From IMG/VR virus record IMGVR_UViG_3300033163_000075: a stretch of 20,000 nt of DNA; one strand, written 5' to 3'. Position numbers and translations under genes: made by a program. Under the pieces are notes generated by a model. It saw nothing but the letters and a program-made list of their open reading frames with translations. It had not been told where the DNA came from and searched no databases. The DNA is from an uncultured virus (IMG/VR IMGVR_UViG_3300033163_000075). Its lineage: Duplodnaviria > Heunggongvirae > Uroviricota > Caudoviricetes. This document shows positions 10,009 to 18,624 of the stretch, piece by piece. How positions within the stretch are numbered: the first letter of the stretch is position 1; the number at the start of each line of letters is the position of its first letter.

Positions 10009-10587
10009 ATGCCGGAGTTTACACGCTTTACAGAGACAATTACAAAAAAACAGGATAAGCGCGTCGTAAACATCACGGTAAAGCCCACCGTCATAGATTG
10101 CACCGGTTCGGTCTGGTTTACCGACTTGATGCTGCAGGAAGGCGATAAAGTCACAGGCTTTGTCATCAACACCGAAACGTTTCTGGAAAAATACGATGGC
10201 GATGATGCTACAGACGGAAAGAGGTTTTATAACGGTATCGTCCGCTCCGCTGCTACCTGCGTCATCTTCAATCTCGGTACCACTGCTGCCGGTCTTGACT
10301 ACAAGGTCTATCCGATTCAGGCGATGGCTGCCGGGTGTATATCGCTTGCGCTGGGTGAAGGTGCTCATAAGGCAACTTTCAAAGCAGCGGCTGCTGCCGG
10401 TGATGAATTTGACCTTTTTGCCTCTACAAGGGAGTGCCTGAAGAACGGCTCTGCAACATCCAAGGACGGCTTTTTCCAATACTCTGCTGCCGGTGACAGC
10501 AAGCACCCGATTACTGTGGCAGATAAAAAGTCTGCACGCATCTATGTTGAGTTTCAGGAAATGCAGGACGGAGGTGATGCCCTGTGA
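10009..10587 (+). CDS. Hypothetical tail-associated protein (192 aa)
   Basis: RBS GGAGG at 9996-10000; GTGA overlap with the next gene; N-terminal ~56 aa similar to 9817..10008. Confidence 0.75.
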   Translation: MPEFTRFTETITKKQDKRVVNITVKPTVIDCTGSVWFTDLMLQEGDKVTGFVINTETFLEKYDGDDATDGKRFYNGIVRSAATCVIFNLGTTAAGLDYKVYPIQAMAAGCISLALGEGAHKATFKAAAAAGDEFDLFASTRECLKNGSATSKDGFFQYSAAGDSKHPITVADKKSARIYVEFQEMQDGGDAL

Positions 10588-13055
10588 GCTATGATTATTT
10601 GAAAGGCCGCAAGTGCATGGTCTGGACATTCATGGGCAATTCCAGAATGTATCAGGCACTTGCCGCATATGGAGACCGCCTCTCGCAAGTAGGTCTCTTT
10701 TCTTTTAAGGTATCGCGCACCGGTGTCATCACGGAAAGCGGCGTGGCCATTTCCAATATGCTGACCTACATCAACCGATGGCCGCATATCAAATGGCTGC
10801 TGACGATATCCAACGATGGCACGAACAGTATCTTTGCTGCTCTCCGGGATAACACCGACGGCGCTCAAGATACCTTCCTTTCGGAGATCGTCCGCATTAT
10901 GGAAAAATACCCGTGGTGCGACGGCATCGACATCGACCTTGAGAAGGGCGACGGGTATTCCACGCACGCTGCCTCCACGGCAATGTTTCGGAATATCTAT
11001 AACACAGTAAAAGGCTATGATAACAGCAAACTCATAAACATCTGCCTGCCGGGTATGAATTCCATCAACGGCTCGGTCGGCGGCGAGAACTGGTGCGTTT
11101 ACGGCGACCTCAATGCTTACTGCGATACGGCGGCCATCATGAGCTATGGCATGGCGTGGGCAGGCTCTGCTCCCGGAGCCGTCTCTCCAAGGGACTGGCT
11201 GGAGGGCATTTACGACTATGCGGTCACAGTCATGAATCCGGAGAAGATATTCTTCGGCCTTCCTGCATACGGATGGAACTGGCAGATTTATGACCTTCCT
11301 GCAAACCTCGGTAAAACCTATCGCGGCACATCAAATACCTATTACGCGGCAAAGAACTGGATGACCGGGCAATACAACTTCACGGACGATGCTCCTCCGC
11401 AGCCCTTCATCCCGATCCTCGCATATTGGGATGACTACGATATGGTGCCTTGGGCGCTTCCGCAAGTCTACGACTTCATGGAAGGCAGGGACGCCACAAG
11501 CTATGAGTATCCTTTGATGAACGGAACCTATAACAGGCGGCATTACCTGACGGCTTACAGCAAAGAACAACACACAGAGTTCGGCACCATTTATGTGGAT
11601 GCGAATGGAACGACAAGCTCTTACTCCGGCATTGTGTCCTTTGAAAACGGCGTGGCCACTCTCGGTGACGCTGGCTCTGCCACATATTCCTTTTCCGTAT
11701 CAAGCGCCGGAACCTACGACATAGCCATCCGCCTCTGCTATCCCTTCTGGGATAAAAACGGCATCTATATTTCGATTGATGGCAACACGACGCATTTTAC
11801 GGAAAGCAGGCTCTGGTGGCCATATTGGAGAAGCACCTTCTGGACAACGCTCGCCAGCAACATTTCACTATCTGCCGGAACGCACACCATTGTGATATCC
11901 GTAGATGTAAAAGGCGTACAGTTTTACGGCTACCGTGTTTGCAGCAACTTTTCGGAGGCTCCCTCTGCGGGCACTGCGACCTTTACGCTCTCACCACGCC
12001 ACTTTATCGACGTGGACGGCAACGAGTGTCAGCCGGACAGAGCTTTCAAGCTCACCTGCGAAATGCTGAGGCGAAAGCCGGACTCTGCCCTTATCTGGTA
12101 TGAGGATTTCCGGGACTACGGTGTGCTGCAAACAAACTACTGGGCGACCCTTTCAGGCTCTTGGACGGTATGGCGCGAAGATGAATATTCCGAAAGCCGC
12201 GTCTACTCCCAGCTTGACGGCTCCGGAAAGCTCGCATGGCGATACGACGGCTTTTCCGATATTCATCTGCGGGCAAGGTTGGCCTTCCCTGCGACAGGAA
12301 GTGGCAAGGCCGGAGTATTCTGCGGTGATCTGTTCTGCTGCCTGAATTACAACACACAGGCCGTTGAATTATATAACGGCAGCACGCTACTTGGAAGCTA
12401 TAGCCAGACCATAGAGCGGACGGCAAATGCCGACCTTCGTACCAATCCATCCATGTACACAGTCGAGATGCGTATCCGTGGAAACAAGGTGCGTGTCTAT
12501 TCCGGATCTTCCTATACGCTGCGCTTCACAGCTACGGTCAGCGGCTTTTCCGGAGGCTATGCCGGATACCGGTCAGATAACCGGACGGTCTGCGAACTGC
12601 TCCGCCTTGGCGATGCATGGACTTACGAGCCCTACGAGCGCTTTGATGTTACCTTCCCGGACGGCACAGTTACGCAGTATGGAAGGATCAGCCGGTCGAA
12701 CGCCACATGGGATACGGAATTTCAGGTGTTTACGCTGACCTCGGATATCGAGGAGGATGCGACACGCAGCGAGAGCATTTCTCTGGATTATGAGTTCTAC
12801 CACTCCCATGAGCTTGCCCTGACCTGTGGCAACGATTATACGGTGACCATCACGCCAAAGGACATCGACATCTGGATAGCAAGGCTCTTTCTCGGTGATG
12901 CTGACGGCTTTTCCATCCTCTACTATCAGGACGTGGATTCGCTCGTTTACTGGGCAAATGAAGCGGCCTACCGCTGGGGAGTGAGAGGCTTTGCCATGTG
13001 GTCGCTGGGACAGGAGGATATGCGGCTCTGGGAGGCGCTACCAAAACAGATATAA
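10584..13055 (+). CDS. Glycoside hydrolase family 18 protein with a large beta-rich insertion, probably virion-associated
   Basis: DGIDIDLE (DxxDxDxE, aa 113-120), IMSYG, KIFFGLPAYG and C-terminal GVRGFAMWSLGQED; GTG start with GGAGGTG. Confidence 0.88.
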   Translation: MSYDYLKGRKCMVWTFMGNSRMYQALAAYGDRLSQVGLFSFKVSRTGVITESGVAISNMLTYINRWPHIKWLLTISNDGTNSIFAALRDNTDGAQDTFLSEIVRIMEKYPWCDGIDIDLEKGDGYSTHAASTAMFRNIYNTVKGYDNSKLINICLPGMNSINGSVGGENWCVYGDLNAYCDTAAIMSYGMAWAGSAPGAVSPRDWLEGIYDYAVTVMNPEKIFFGLPAYGWNWQIYDLPANLGKTYRGTSNTYYAAKNWMTGQYNFTDDAPPQPFIPILAYWDDYDMVPWALPQVYDFMEGRDATSYEYPLMNGTYNRRHYLTAYSKEQHTEFGTIYVDANGTTSSYSGIVSFENGVATLGDAGSATYSFSVSSAGTYDIAIRLCYPFWDKNGIYISIDGNTTHFTESRLWWPYWRSTFWTTLASNISLSAGTHTIVISVDVKGVQFYGYRVCSNFSEAPSAGTATFTLSPRHFIDVDGNECQPDRAFKLTCEMLRRKPDSALIWYEDFRDYGVLQTNYWATLSGSWTVWREDEYSESRVYSQLDGSGKLAWRYDGFSDIHLRARLAFPATGSGKAGVFCGDLFCCLNYNTQAVELYNGSTLLGSYSQTIERTANADLRTNPSMYTVEMRIRGNKVRVYSGSSYTLRFTATVSGFSGGYAGYRSDNRTVCELLRLGDAWTYEPYERFDVTFPDGTVTQYGRISRSNATWDTEFQVFTLTSDIEEDATRSESISLDYEFYHSHELALTCGNDYTVTITPKDIDIWIARLFLGDADGFSILYYQDVDSLVYWANEAAYRWGVRGFAMWSLGQEDMRLWEALPKQI

Positions 13056-13079
13056 CTTCATACACGGATACAGTTCACG

Positions 13080-13113
13080 AGGCTGTCTGCAAAATGCAGG
13101 CGGCTTTTATTTT
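13080..13113 (+). terminator. Rho-independent terminator between the tail module and the holin
   Basis: AGGCTGTCTGCA-AAA-TGCAGGCGGCTT hairpin (with G-U pairs) followed by TTATTTT. Confidence 0.75.
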
Positions 13114-13134
13114 GCACAAAGGAGGGATTTTCTC

Positions 13135-13548
13135 ATGAAAGAATTCTGGAACACGATCCAACTGGTATTTGCTGCTGTCGGAGGATGGCTTGGCTATTTC
13201 TTAGGCGGCTGTGACGGGCTATTGATTGCGCTGGTGATCTTTGTGACCTGCGACTACCTTACCGGCATCATGTGTGCCATTGCCGACAAAAAGCTCTCAA
13301 GCGAGGTCGGCTTTAAGGGAATCTGCCGCAAGGTGCTGATCTTCCTGCTGGTGGGCATCGGGAACGTCATTGATGTTCAGGTGCTCGGACATCCGGGAGT
13401 GCTCCGCACGGCGATCATCTTCTTTTACCTGTCTAATGAAGGACTGTCACTGACGGAGAACGCAGCACATCTCGGCCTGCCGGTACCGGAGAAATTAAAG
13501 GAGGTCTTGGAGCAGCTCCACGACCGTCACGATGAGGAGGAAAGATAA
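13135..13548 (+). CDS. Holin (phage holin family 4 / toxin-secretion-type)
   Basis: Start reassigned to ATG 13135 (RBS AAGGAGG); hydrophobic helices, [18 protein letters not shown] and [18 protein letters not shown] motifs; directly upstream of the lysin. Confidence 0.92.
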   Translation: MKEFWNTIQLVFAAVGGWLGYFLGGCDGLLIALVIFVTCDYLTGIMCAIADKKLSSEVGFKGICRKVLIFLLVGIGNVIDVQVLGHPGVLRTAIIFFYLSNEGLSLTENAAHLGLPVPEKLKEVLEQLHDRHDEEER

Positions 13549-13549
13549 C

Positions 13550-14521
13550 ATGACGAGAAAAGGAATCGACGTCAGTCATTGGCAGGGAACCATTGACTGG
13601 AATAAGGTCAAAAAGGCCGGTATCGAGTTTGCCATCATCAAGGCTGGCGGCTCCGATGCCGGTTTTTATACGGATAGCAAATGGGAAGCAAATTACAAAG
13701 GTGCGAAGGCTGCCGGTATCCCCATCGGCGCATATTACTTTGTCGGAAAAGACTGCGTGACTGCTGCCGCCGGAAAAGCAGATGCCGAGCGCTTCCTGCA
13801 TATCCTGAAGGGCAAGCAGCTGGAATATCCGGTCTATATGGATAACGAGGCACAGCCCGCTTCTGCCAAAGCCGGAATCACTGAGGCCACCATTGCTTTC
13901 TGTAAGACGATGGAGGATGCCGGATACTTCGTCGGGATCTATGGCTCCGCTGTTTCCGGCTTCAAAGAACGTATGGATGACACGAAGCTCACGCCCTACG
14001 CCCACTGGGTAGCGCAGTATGCCAGCAAATGCTCCTATAAAGGCGACTACGGCATCTGGCAGTATTCTTCCAAGGGCTCTGTTGACGGCATCAGTGGTAA
14101 TGTGGATATGGACTACGCCTATGTGGATTATCCTGCCATTATCCAGAACGGCGGCTTCAACGGCTTTACAAAGTCTGCGTCCGATGACAGTAAGCCTGCC
14201 ACTCCTGCTCCGGTCACTCCGGCAAAGACCGTGGATGAGCTGGCACAGGAGGTGCTGGACGGCAAATGGGGAAACGGAACCGACCGCAAAGAACGCCTCA
14301 CCGCTGCCGGGTATGATTATTCTGCCGTGCAGGCAAAGGTCAATGCTCTGGTGAAAAAGCAGGAATCTACTCCTGTCTACTACACCGTAAAAAGCGGTGA
14401 TACCCTCTCCGGAATTGCTAAGAAATACAGCACCACGGTTTCGGCGATCCAGAAGCTCAACCCGACGCTCATCAAAAACGTCAACCTTATTCTGACCGGC
14501 TGGAAGATCAGAGTGAAATAA
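13550..14521 (+). CDS. Endolysin: GH25 muramidase + CW_7 (Cpl-7) repeat + LysM
   Basis: Start at ATG 13550 (RBS GAGGAGG); [51 protein letters not shown] (CW_7); [16 protein letters not shown] (LysM). Confidence 0.93.
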   Translation: MTRKGIDVSHWQGTIDWNKVKKAGIEFAIIKAGGSDAGFYTDSKWEANYKGAKAAGIPIGAYYFVGKDCVTAAAGKADAERFLHILKGKQLEYPVYMDNEAQPASAKAGITEATIAFCKTMEDAGYFVGIYGSAVSGFKERMDDTKLTPYAHWVAQYASKCSYKGDYGIWQYSSKGSVDGISGNVDMDYAYVDYPAIIQNGGFNGFTKSASDDSKPATPAPVTPAKTVDELAQEVLDGKWGNGTDRKERLTAAGYDYSAVQAKVNALVKKQESTPVYYTVKSGDTLSGIAKKYSTTVSAIQKLNPTLIKNVNLILTGWKIRVK

Positions 14522-14541
14522 CTGAATATCCAATCTGCTAT

Positions 14542-14585
14542 GCCTGCGAGTGTTCTTCGGAATGCCCGCAGGCTTTTTTTATTTT
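14542..14585 (+). terminator. Rho-independent terminator after the endolysin
   Basis: GCCTGCGAGTGTTC-TTCG-GAATGCCCGCAGGC hairpin followed by TTTTTTTATTTT. Confidence 0.88.
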
Positions 14586-14638
14586 CCTCCGCTCAAAAAG
14601 GCAGTTCATCTCCAGTGGAAACTGGAGGTGGATATGTT

Positions 14639-14845
14639 ATGCCAAACGAAAACATGAAAGTTCAATCTGGATATTTCACACAGGAGCGGATTCAGGGCGA
14701 TCTGGACTACCGCCGGGCGCAGACAATCGCAAAGAAGATGCTCGATGACGGCCTCATTTCTGTGGCTGAATTCAACAAATTAACCGCCATCAATCGGGAA
14801 ACTTTCTCTCCCTTGTTCGCGGAAATAATGCCGAAAATCCCTTGA
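14639..14845 (+). CDS. Small 68-aa protein (SHOCT-like helical motif) preceding the recombinases; candidate accessory/directionality factor
   Basis: ATG 14639 with SD GGAGGTG at 14624-14630; KKMLDDGLISVAEFNKL resembles the SHOCT consensus; the longer start at 14540 overlaps the terminator. Confidence 0.7.
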   Translation: MPNENMKVQSGYFTQERIQGDLDYRRAQTIAKKMLDDGLISVAEFNKLTAINRETFSPLFAEIMPKIP

Positions 14846-14897
14846 TATGTAGTCCCTTTAGAGTGATGTATAGACGTACGGAAAGGAGGTACTTCCC

Positions 14898-16457
14898 TTG
14901 AAAAAAGTTACGAAAATCGCGGAAACAGCGAACTCGAAAGTTAAACTCAAGAAGATCAGGGTAGCCGCCTACTGCCGCGTCTCTACGGATTCCGATGCCC
15001 AGCTTGAAAGCCTTGAGGCACAGAAAACCCACTACGAAAATTACATCACATCCCGTGATGACTGGAAGTTCGCTGGACTCTATTTCGACGAAGGCATCAC
15101 TGGCACCAAGAAGGACAAGCGCCCGGAGCTCCTACGACTCATTGACGACTGCAAGGCCGGTAAAGTGGACTTTGTTATCACAAAATCCATCAGCCGCTTC
15201 AGCCGGAACACAACGGACTGCTTAGAACTGGTAAGAAAACTGCTCGCCCTGCACATTCCGATTTATTTCGAGAAGGAAAATATCAACACCGGCTCAATGG
15301 AGAGCGAGCTGTTTCTGGCAATTCTCTCCAGCATGGCCGAAGGCGAGTCTGTTTCCATATCAGAAAACAGCAAGTGGTCAATCCAGAAACGCTTTGAGAG
15401 CGGCACCTATAAAGTCAGCTACCCACCCTACGGCTACGATTGGGATGGCGAGCAGATGGTAATTAATCCGGAGCAGGCGGCTGTGGTAAAAGAAATCTTC
15501 GCAGCGCTGCTCTCCGGCAAAGGCACCCCCGCCATCGCAGATGACCTGAACCGGCGCGGCATTCCTACCAAGCGAAACGGACGCTGGACAGCCACAACCA
15601 TTCGCGGGATGCTCTCCAATGAGAAGTATGTCGGCGACTGCCTTTTCCAGAAAACGTACTCGGATTCACGCTTTGTCCGGCACAACAATCACGGCGAGCA
15701 GACACAGTACATGGTCAAGGATCATCACGAGGCAATCATCAGCCGGGAGGACTTTGAAGCTGCTCACGCTTTTATTCACCAGCGGGCAACGGAAAAAGGT
15801 GTCGTCAAAGGGAGCGACAAATACCAGAATCGCTACACCTTCTCCGGGAAGATCATCTGCGGCGAGTGCGGCGATACCTTTAAGCGCCGGATACACAGCT
15901 GCACCGGATACAAATACATCGCATGGTGCTGCAGTACCCACATCAAGGATAAAGATAAATGCCACATGCTTTTTGTAAAAGACGATGATCTGAAGCAGGC
16001 TTTCGTCACCATGATGAACAAGCTGGTCTACGCGCACAGGATCATCCTAAAACCATATGTGGACGCATTGAAAAACACTTCGTCTGATGACTCGCTTCGG
16101 CGCATTCAGGAAATACAGACCCTACTGGCGCAGAACACAGAAAAGCGCGAGACGCTGACAAAGCTCATGACACAGGGCATCATCGACCCGATCCTTTTTA
16201 ACAAAGAAACGAACGAGCTGCTTTCGCAGGCAGACAGTTTCCGGGATGAGATCAACGCTTTAAAAAACGCTGTTTCCGGAGATGTAACAAAGGTCACCGC
16301 AGCTACAGCGCTTCTGCACTTTACAGAAAAAGGCGGAATACTTCAGGAATTCGATGATGACCTTTTTAAAGAATATGTGAACCGCATCATTGTACGCTCC
16401 AGAAATGAAGTGTGCTTTGAATTGAAATGCGGTCTGACACTTCGGGAAAGGATGTGA
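14898..16457 (+). CDS. Large serine recombinase 1
   Basis: AAYCRVSTD catalytic Ser, DEGITGT, KSISRFSRN, PYGY recombinase domain, CGECG...CC...C zinc ribbon, coiled coil; TTG start with AAGGAGGT. Confidence 0.95.
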   Translation: MKKVTKIAETANSKVKLKKIRVAAYCRVSTDSDAQLESLEAQKTHYENYITSRDDWKFAGLYFDEGITGTKKDKRPELLRLIDDCKAGKVDFVITKSISRFSRNTTDCLELVRKLLALHIPIYFEKENINTGSMESELFLAILSSMAEGESVSISENSKWSIQKRFESGTYKVSYPPYGYDWDGEQMVINPEQAAVVKEIFAALLSGKGTPAIADDLNRRGIPTKRNGRWTATTIRGMLSNEKYVGDCLFQKTYSDSRFVRHNNHGEQTQYMVKDHHEAIISREDFEAAHAFIHQRATEKGVVKGSDKYQNRYTFSGKIICGECGDTFKRRIHSCTGYKYIAWCCSTHIKDKDKCHMLFVKDDDLKQAFVTMMNKLVYAHRIILKPYVDALKNTSSDDSLRRIQEIQTLLAQNTEKRETLTKLMTQGIIDPILFNKETNELLSQADSFRDEINALKNAVSGDVTKVTAATALLHFTEKGGILQEFDDDLFKEYVNRIIVRSRNEVCFELKCGLTLRERM

Positions 16458-16461
16458 ATGC

Positions 16462-16878
16462 ATGGGACATACTCCCTACGGCTACAGCATTGAAAACGGC
16501 TGTGCCACGATTAAAGAGGATGAAGCCAATAAGATACGAAAGCTCTATGAGAATTACATCTCCGGGATGGCACTGGCCAAGGCCGCTGCCGCTGCTGGCA
16601 TTGAAACCTACCACGGCACGGCAAAGCGTCTGATGGAAAACAGACACTACCTCGGAGACGATTTTTACCCGGCCATCATCGATCAGGAAACCTACGATAA
16701 AGCTGCTGCCATCCGTCTGGAACGCGCCGGGAAACTTGGCAGGCTGAACAGGAAAAAGAATGTAAAACACGCATTGCCTCCTACCGGCTTTCGCATGGCA
16801 GCGGCAGAGCAACATTATGAAGATCCGAGGCTGCAGGCAGAATACCTCTACAGCCTCATTGAAAGCGAGGTAAGCTAA
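16462..16878 (+). CDS. Stand-alone recombinase DNA-binding-domain protein (no catalytic domain)
   Basis: Starts [12 protein letters not shown], contains [11 protein letters not shown] and [19 protein letters not shown], matching the middle domain of the flanking recombinases; no RVST motif. Confidence 0.8.
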   Translation: MGHTPYGYSIENGCATIKEDEANKIRKLYENYISGMALAKAAAAAGIETYHGTAKRLMENRHYLGDDFYPAIIDQETYDKAAAIRLERAGKLGRLNRKKNVKHALPPTGFRMAAAEQHYEDPRLQAEYLYSLIESEVS

Positions 16879-18446
16879 TGGGAAATGTTATGGTGATTCC
16901 GGCCAGACGACAAGTCGGAAATACAGTAAAACAATCAGATCAGAAAAAGCTCCGTGTTGCAGCCTACTGCCGCGTCAGCACGGATTCCGAAGAACAGGAA
17001 ACAAGCTACGAGGCTCAGGTCACACACTACACCGAGTACATTCAAAAGAATCCGGAATGGGAGCTGGCTGGCATATTTGCGGACGACGGCATCTCCGGCA
17101 CCAACACAAAAAAGCGTGACGAATTCAACCGAATGATCGACGAGTGCATGGCCGGTAACATCGACATGGTCATCACCAAGTCCATCAGCCGATTTGCCCG
17201 AAACACTCTTGACTGCCTCCAATACATCCGGCAGCTGAAAGACAAGAACATACCAGTTTATTTTGAGAAGGAAGCCATCAACACGCTGGACGCTAAAGGC
17301 GAGGTTCTGATCACAATCATGGCGAGCCTTGCCCAGCAGGAAAGCCAGTCAATGAGCCAGAACATCAAACTGGGACTTCAATACCGCTACCAGCAAGGTA
17401 AGGTTCAGGTTAATCACAATCGCTTCCTCGGATACACAAAGGATGACAACGGGCATCTGATCATTGATCCGGAGCAGGCAGAAATCGTAAAGCGCATCTA
17501 CCGAGAATACCTTGAAGGCTCCAGCATGGATAAGATCGCCGACGGGCTTATGGCTGATGGCATCCTTACCGGCGCTGGCAAGACAAAATGGCACACCAGC
17601 ACCATCAACAAGATTCTCCGCAACGAGAAGTACATGGGCGACGCGCTGCTTCAAAAGACCTATACCACAGACTTCTTAACAAAAAAGCGGATCAAGAACA
17701 ACGGCACCGTCCCTCAATACTACGTTGAGGGCGATCATGAAGCAATCATTCCGAAAGAGCTCTTCATGCAGGTGCAGGCGGAGCTTGTCCGTCGCCGGGT
17801 AGTCCACGTCAGCCCGACAGGCAAGAAGCGCAGTTTCTCCTGCAATCACTGTTTTGCACAGATGGTTTTCTGCGGTGACTGCGGTGAGCTTTACCGGCGC
17901 GTTCACTGGAACAACCACGGCTGCAAATCCATCGTCTGGCGCTGCATCAGCCGTCTGGAACCGGGCTCCGCAGACACAAACTGCACCAACCGGACGGTTA
18001 ACGAGCTCCTGCTGCAGGAAGTCACGGTCACAGCCATCAATCAGATTTTGACAGAGCGCGGCACCTTCCTAAAACAGTTGCAAGCCAATATCGCCAAGGC
18101 TGTAGTCAGCGCTGACACCCTCTCGCCGGACGGCATCCAAGCTCGGCTGGAAGAACTGCAAAAAGAGCTCATCAAGAAGGCAAACAACAAACAGGATTAC
18201 GATGCCATCGCTGACGAAATCCTCAGACTCAGGGAACAGAAGGAACAGTCCGAGGTCGACAGCCACCACCGGGAAGAAGCCATGAACCGGATCAAGGAAC
18301 TGCAGGACTTTATCTCCAAGCAGAAAACAGACATCACAGAGTTCGACGAAGCTCTGGTAAAAAAGCTCATCGAGAAGATCACCGTCTTTGCCGACCACTT
18401 CACTGTGAAATTCAAATCCGGGCTTGCAATCGATATCGAAGAATAA
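16878..18446 (+). CDS. Large serine recombinase 2
   Basis: [44 protein letters not shown]...C...C zinc ribbon, coiled coil; TAATG overlap with the previous gene. Confidence 0.95.
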   Translation: MGNVMVIPARRQVGNTVKQSDQKKLRVAAYCRVSTDSEEQETSYEAQVTHYTEYIQKNPEWELAGIFADDGISGTNTKKRDEFNRMIDECMAGNIDMVITKSISRFARNTLDCLQYIRQLKDKNIPVYFEKEAINTLDAKGEVLITIMASLAQQESQSMSQNIKLGLQYRYQQGKVQVNHNRFLGYTKDDNGHLIIDPEQAEIVKRIYREYLEGSSMDKIADGLMADGILTGAGKTKWHTSTINKILRNEKYMGDALLQKTYTTDFLTKKRIKNNGTVPQYYVEGDHEAIIPKELFMQVQAELVRRRVVHVSPTGKKRSFSCNHCFAQMVFCGDCGELYRRVHWNNHGCKSIVWRCISRLEPGSADTNCTNRTVNELLLQEVTVTAINQILTERGTFLKQLQANIAKAVVSADTLSPDGIQARLEELQKELIKKANNKQDYDAIADEILRLREQKEQSEVDSHHREEAMNRIKELQDFISKQKTDITEFDEALVKKLIEKITVFADHFTVKFKSGLAIDIEE

Positions 18447-18456
18447 TACCATAGAC

Positions 18457-18500
18457 GCAAAAACACCTCCGAGCCATGATTGGTTCAGAGGTGCTTTTGT
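18457..18500. terminator. Probable bidirectional terminator between the recombinase operon and the convergent GGDEF gene
   Basis: AAAAA-CACCTCCGAGCCA-TGAT-TGGTTCAGAGGTG-CTTTT: imperfect hairpin flanked by A and T runs. Confidence 0.7.
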
Positions 18501-18624
18501 CATTATGCCGCTCCCCGCCGCCTTTGATGGCAGTGTGGGAGCCTTGCTTTATGCTTTTCATTTTCCTGTATGATTTCCCGGCGATGAATACGATTACGGC
18601 AGTCCACACAATCCCATTTATTTT

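Noticed and set aside
7281..13055. Diversity-generating retroelement or invertible tail-fibre shufflon driven by the recombinases
   Set aside because: No reverse transcriptase, no template/variable repeat pair and no oppositely oriented tail cassettes seen by eye; the recombinases are integrase-type with zinc ribbons rather than small invertases
12991..13134. N-terminal extensions given by the ORF track for the holin (also major tail from 2554, lysin from 13532, small ORF from 14540)
   Set aside because: They overlap upstream genes or terminators, and downstream ATGs have well-spaced GGAGG sites
13433..14533. 366-aa minus-strand ORF and other long antisense ORFs (3871..4602, 5719..6330, 8463..8999, 9979..10629)
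   Set aside because: Shadow frames of well-supported + strand genes, with no recognisable motifs
14842..14875. Sigma-A promoter for recombinase 1 (TTGATA ... TATAGA)
   Set aside because: Spacer is 21 bp and no good -10 lies at 16-18 bp; it may still be a phage-specific motif but cannot be supported from this window
16462..16878. Pseudogene fragment of a third recombinase
   Set aside because: Clean ORF starting at the domain boundary, tightly packed between its neighbours, with no adjacent remnant of a catalytic domain
18420..18500. c-di-GMP-I riboswitch suggested by GACGCAAA near the GGDEF gene
   Set aside because: No upstream GGCAAA/GAAA-tetraloop stem, it lies at gene 3' ends rather than in a leader, and the hairpin is explained as a terminator
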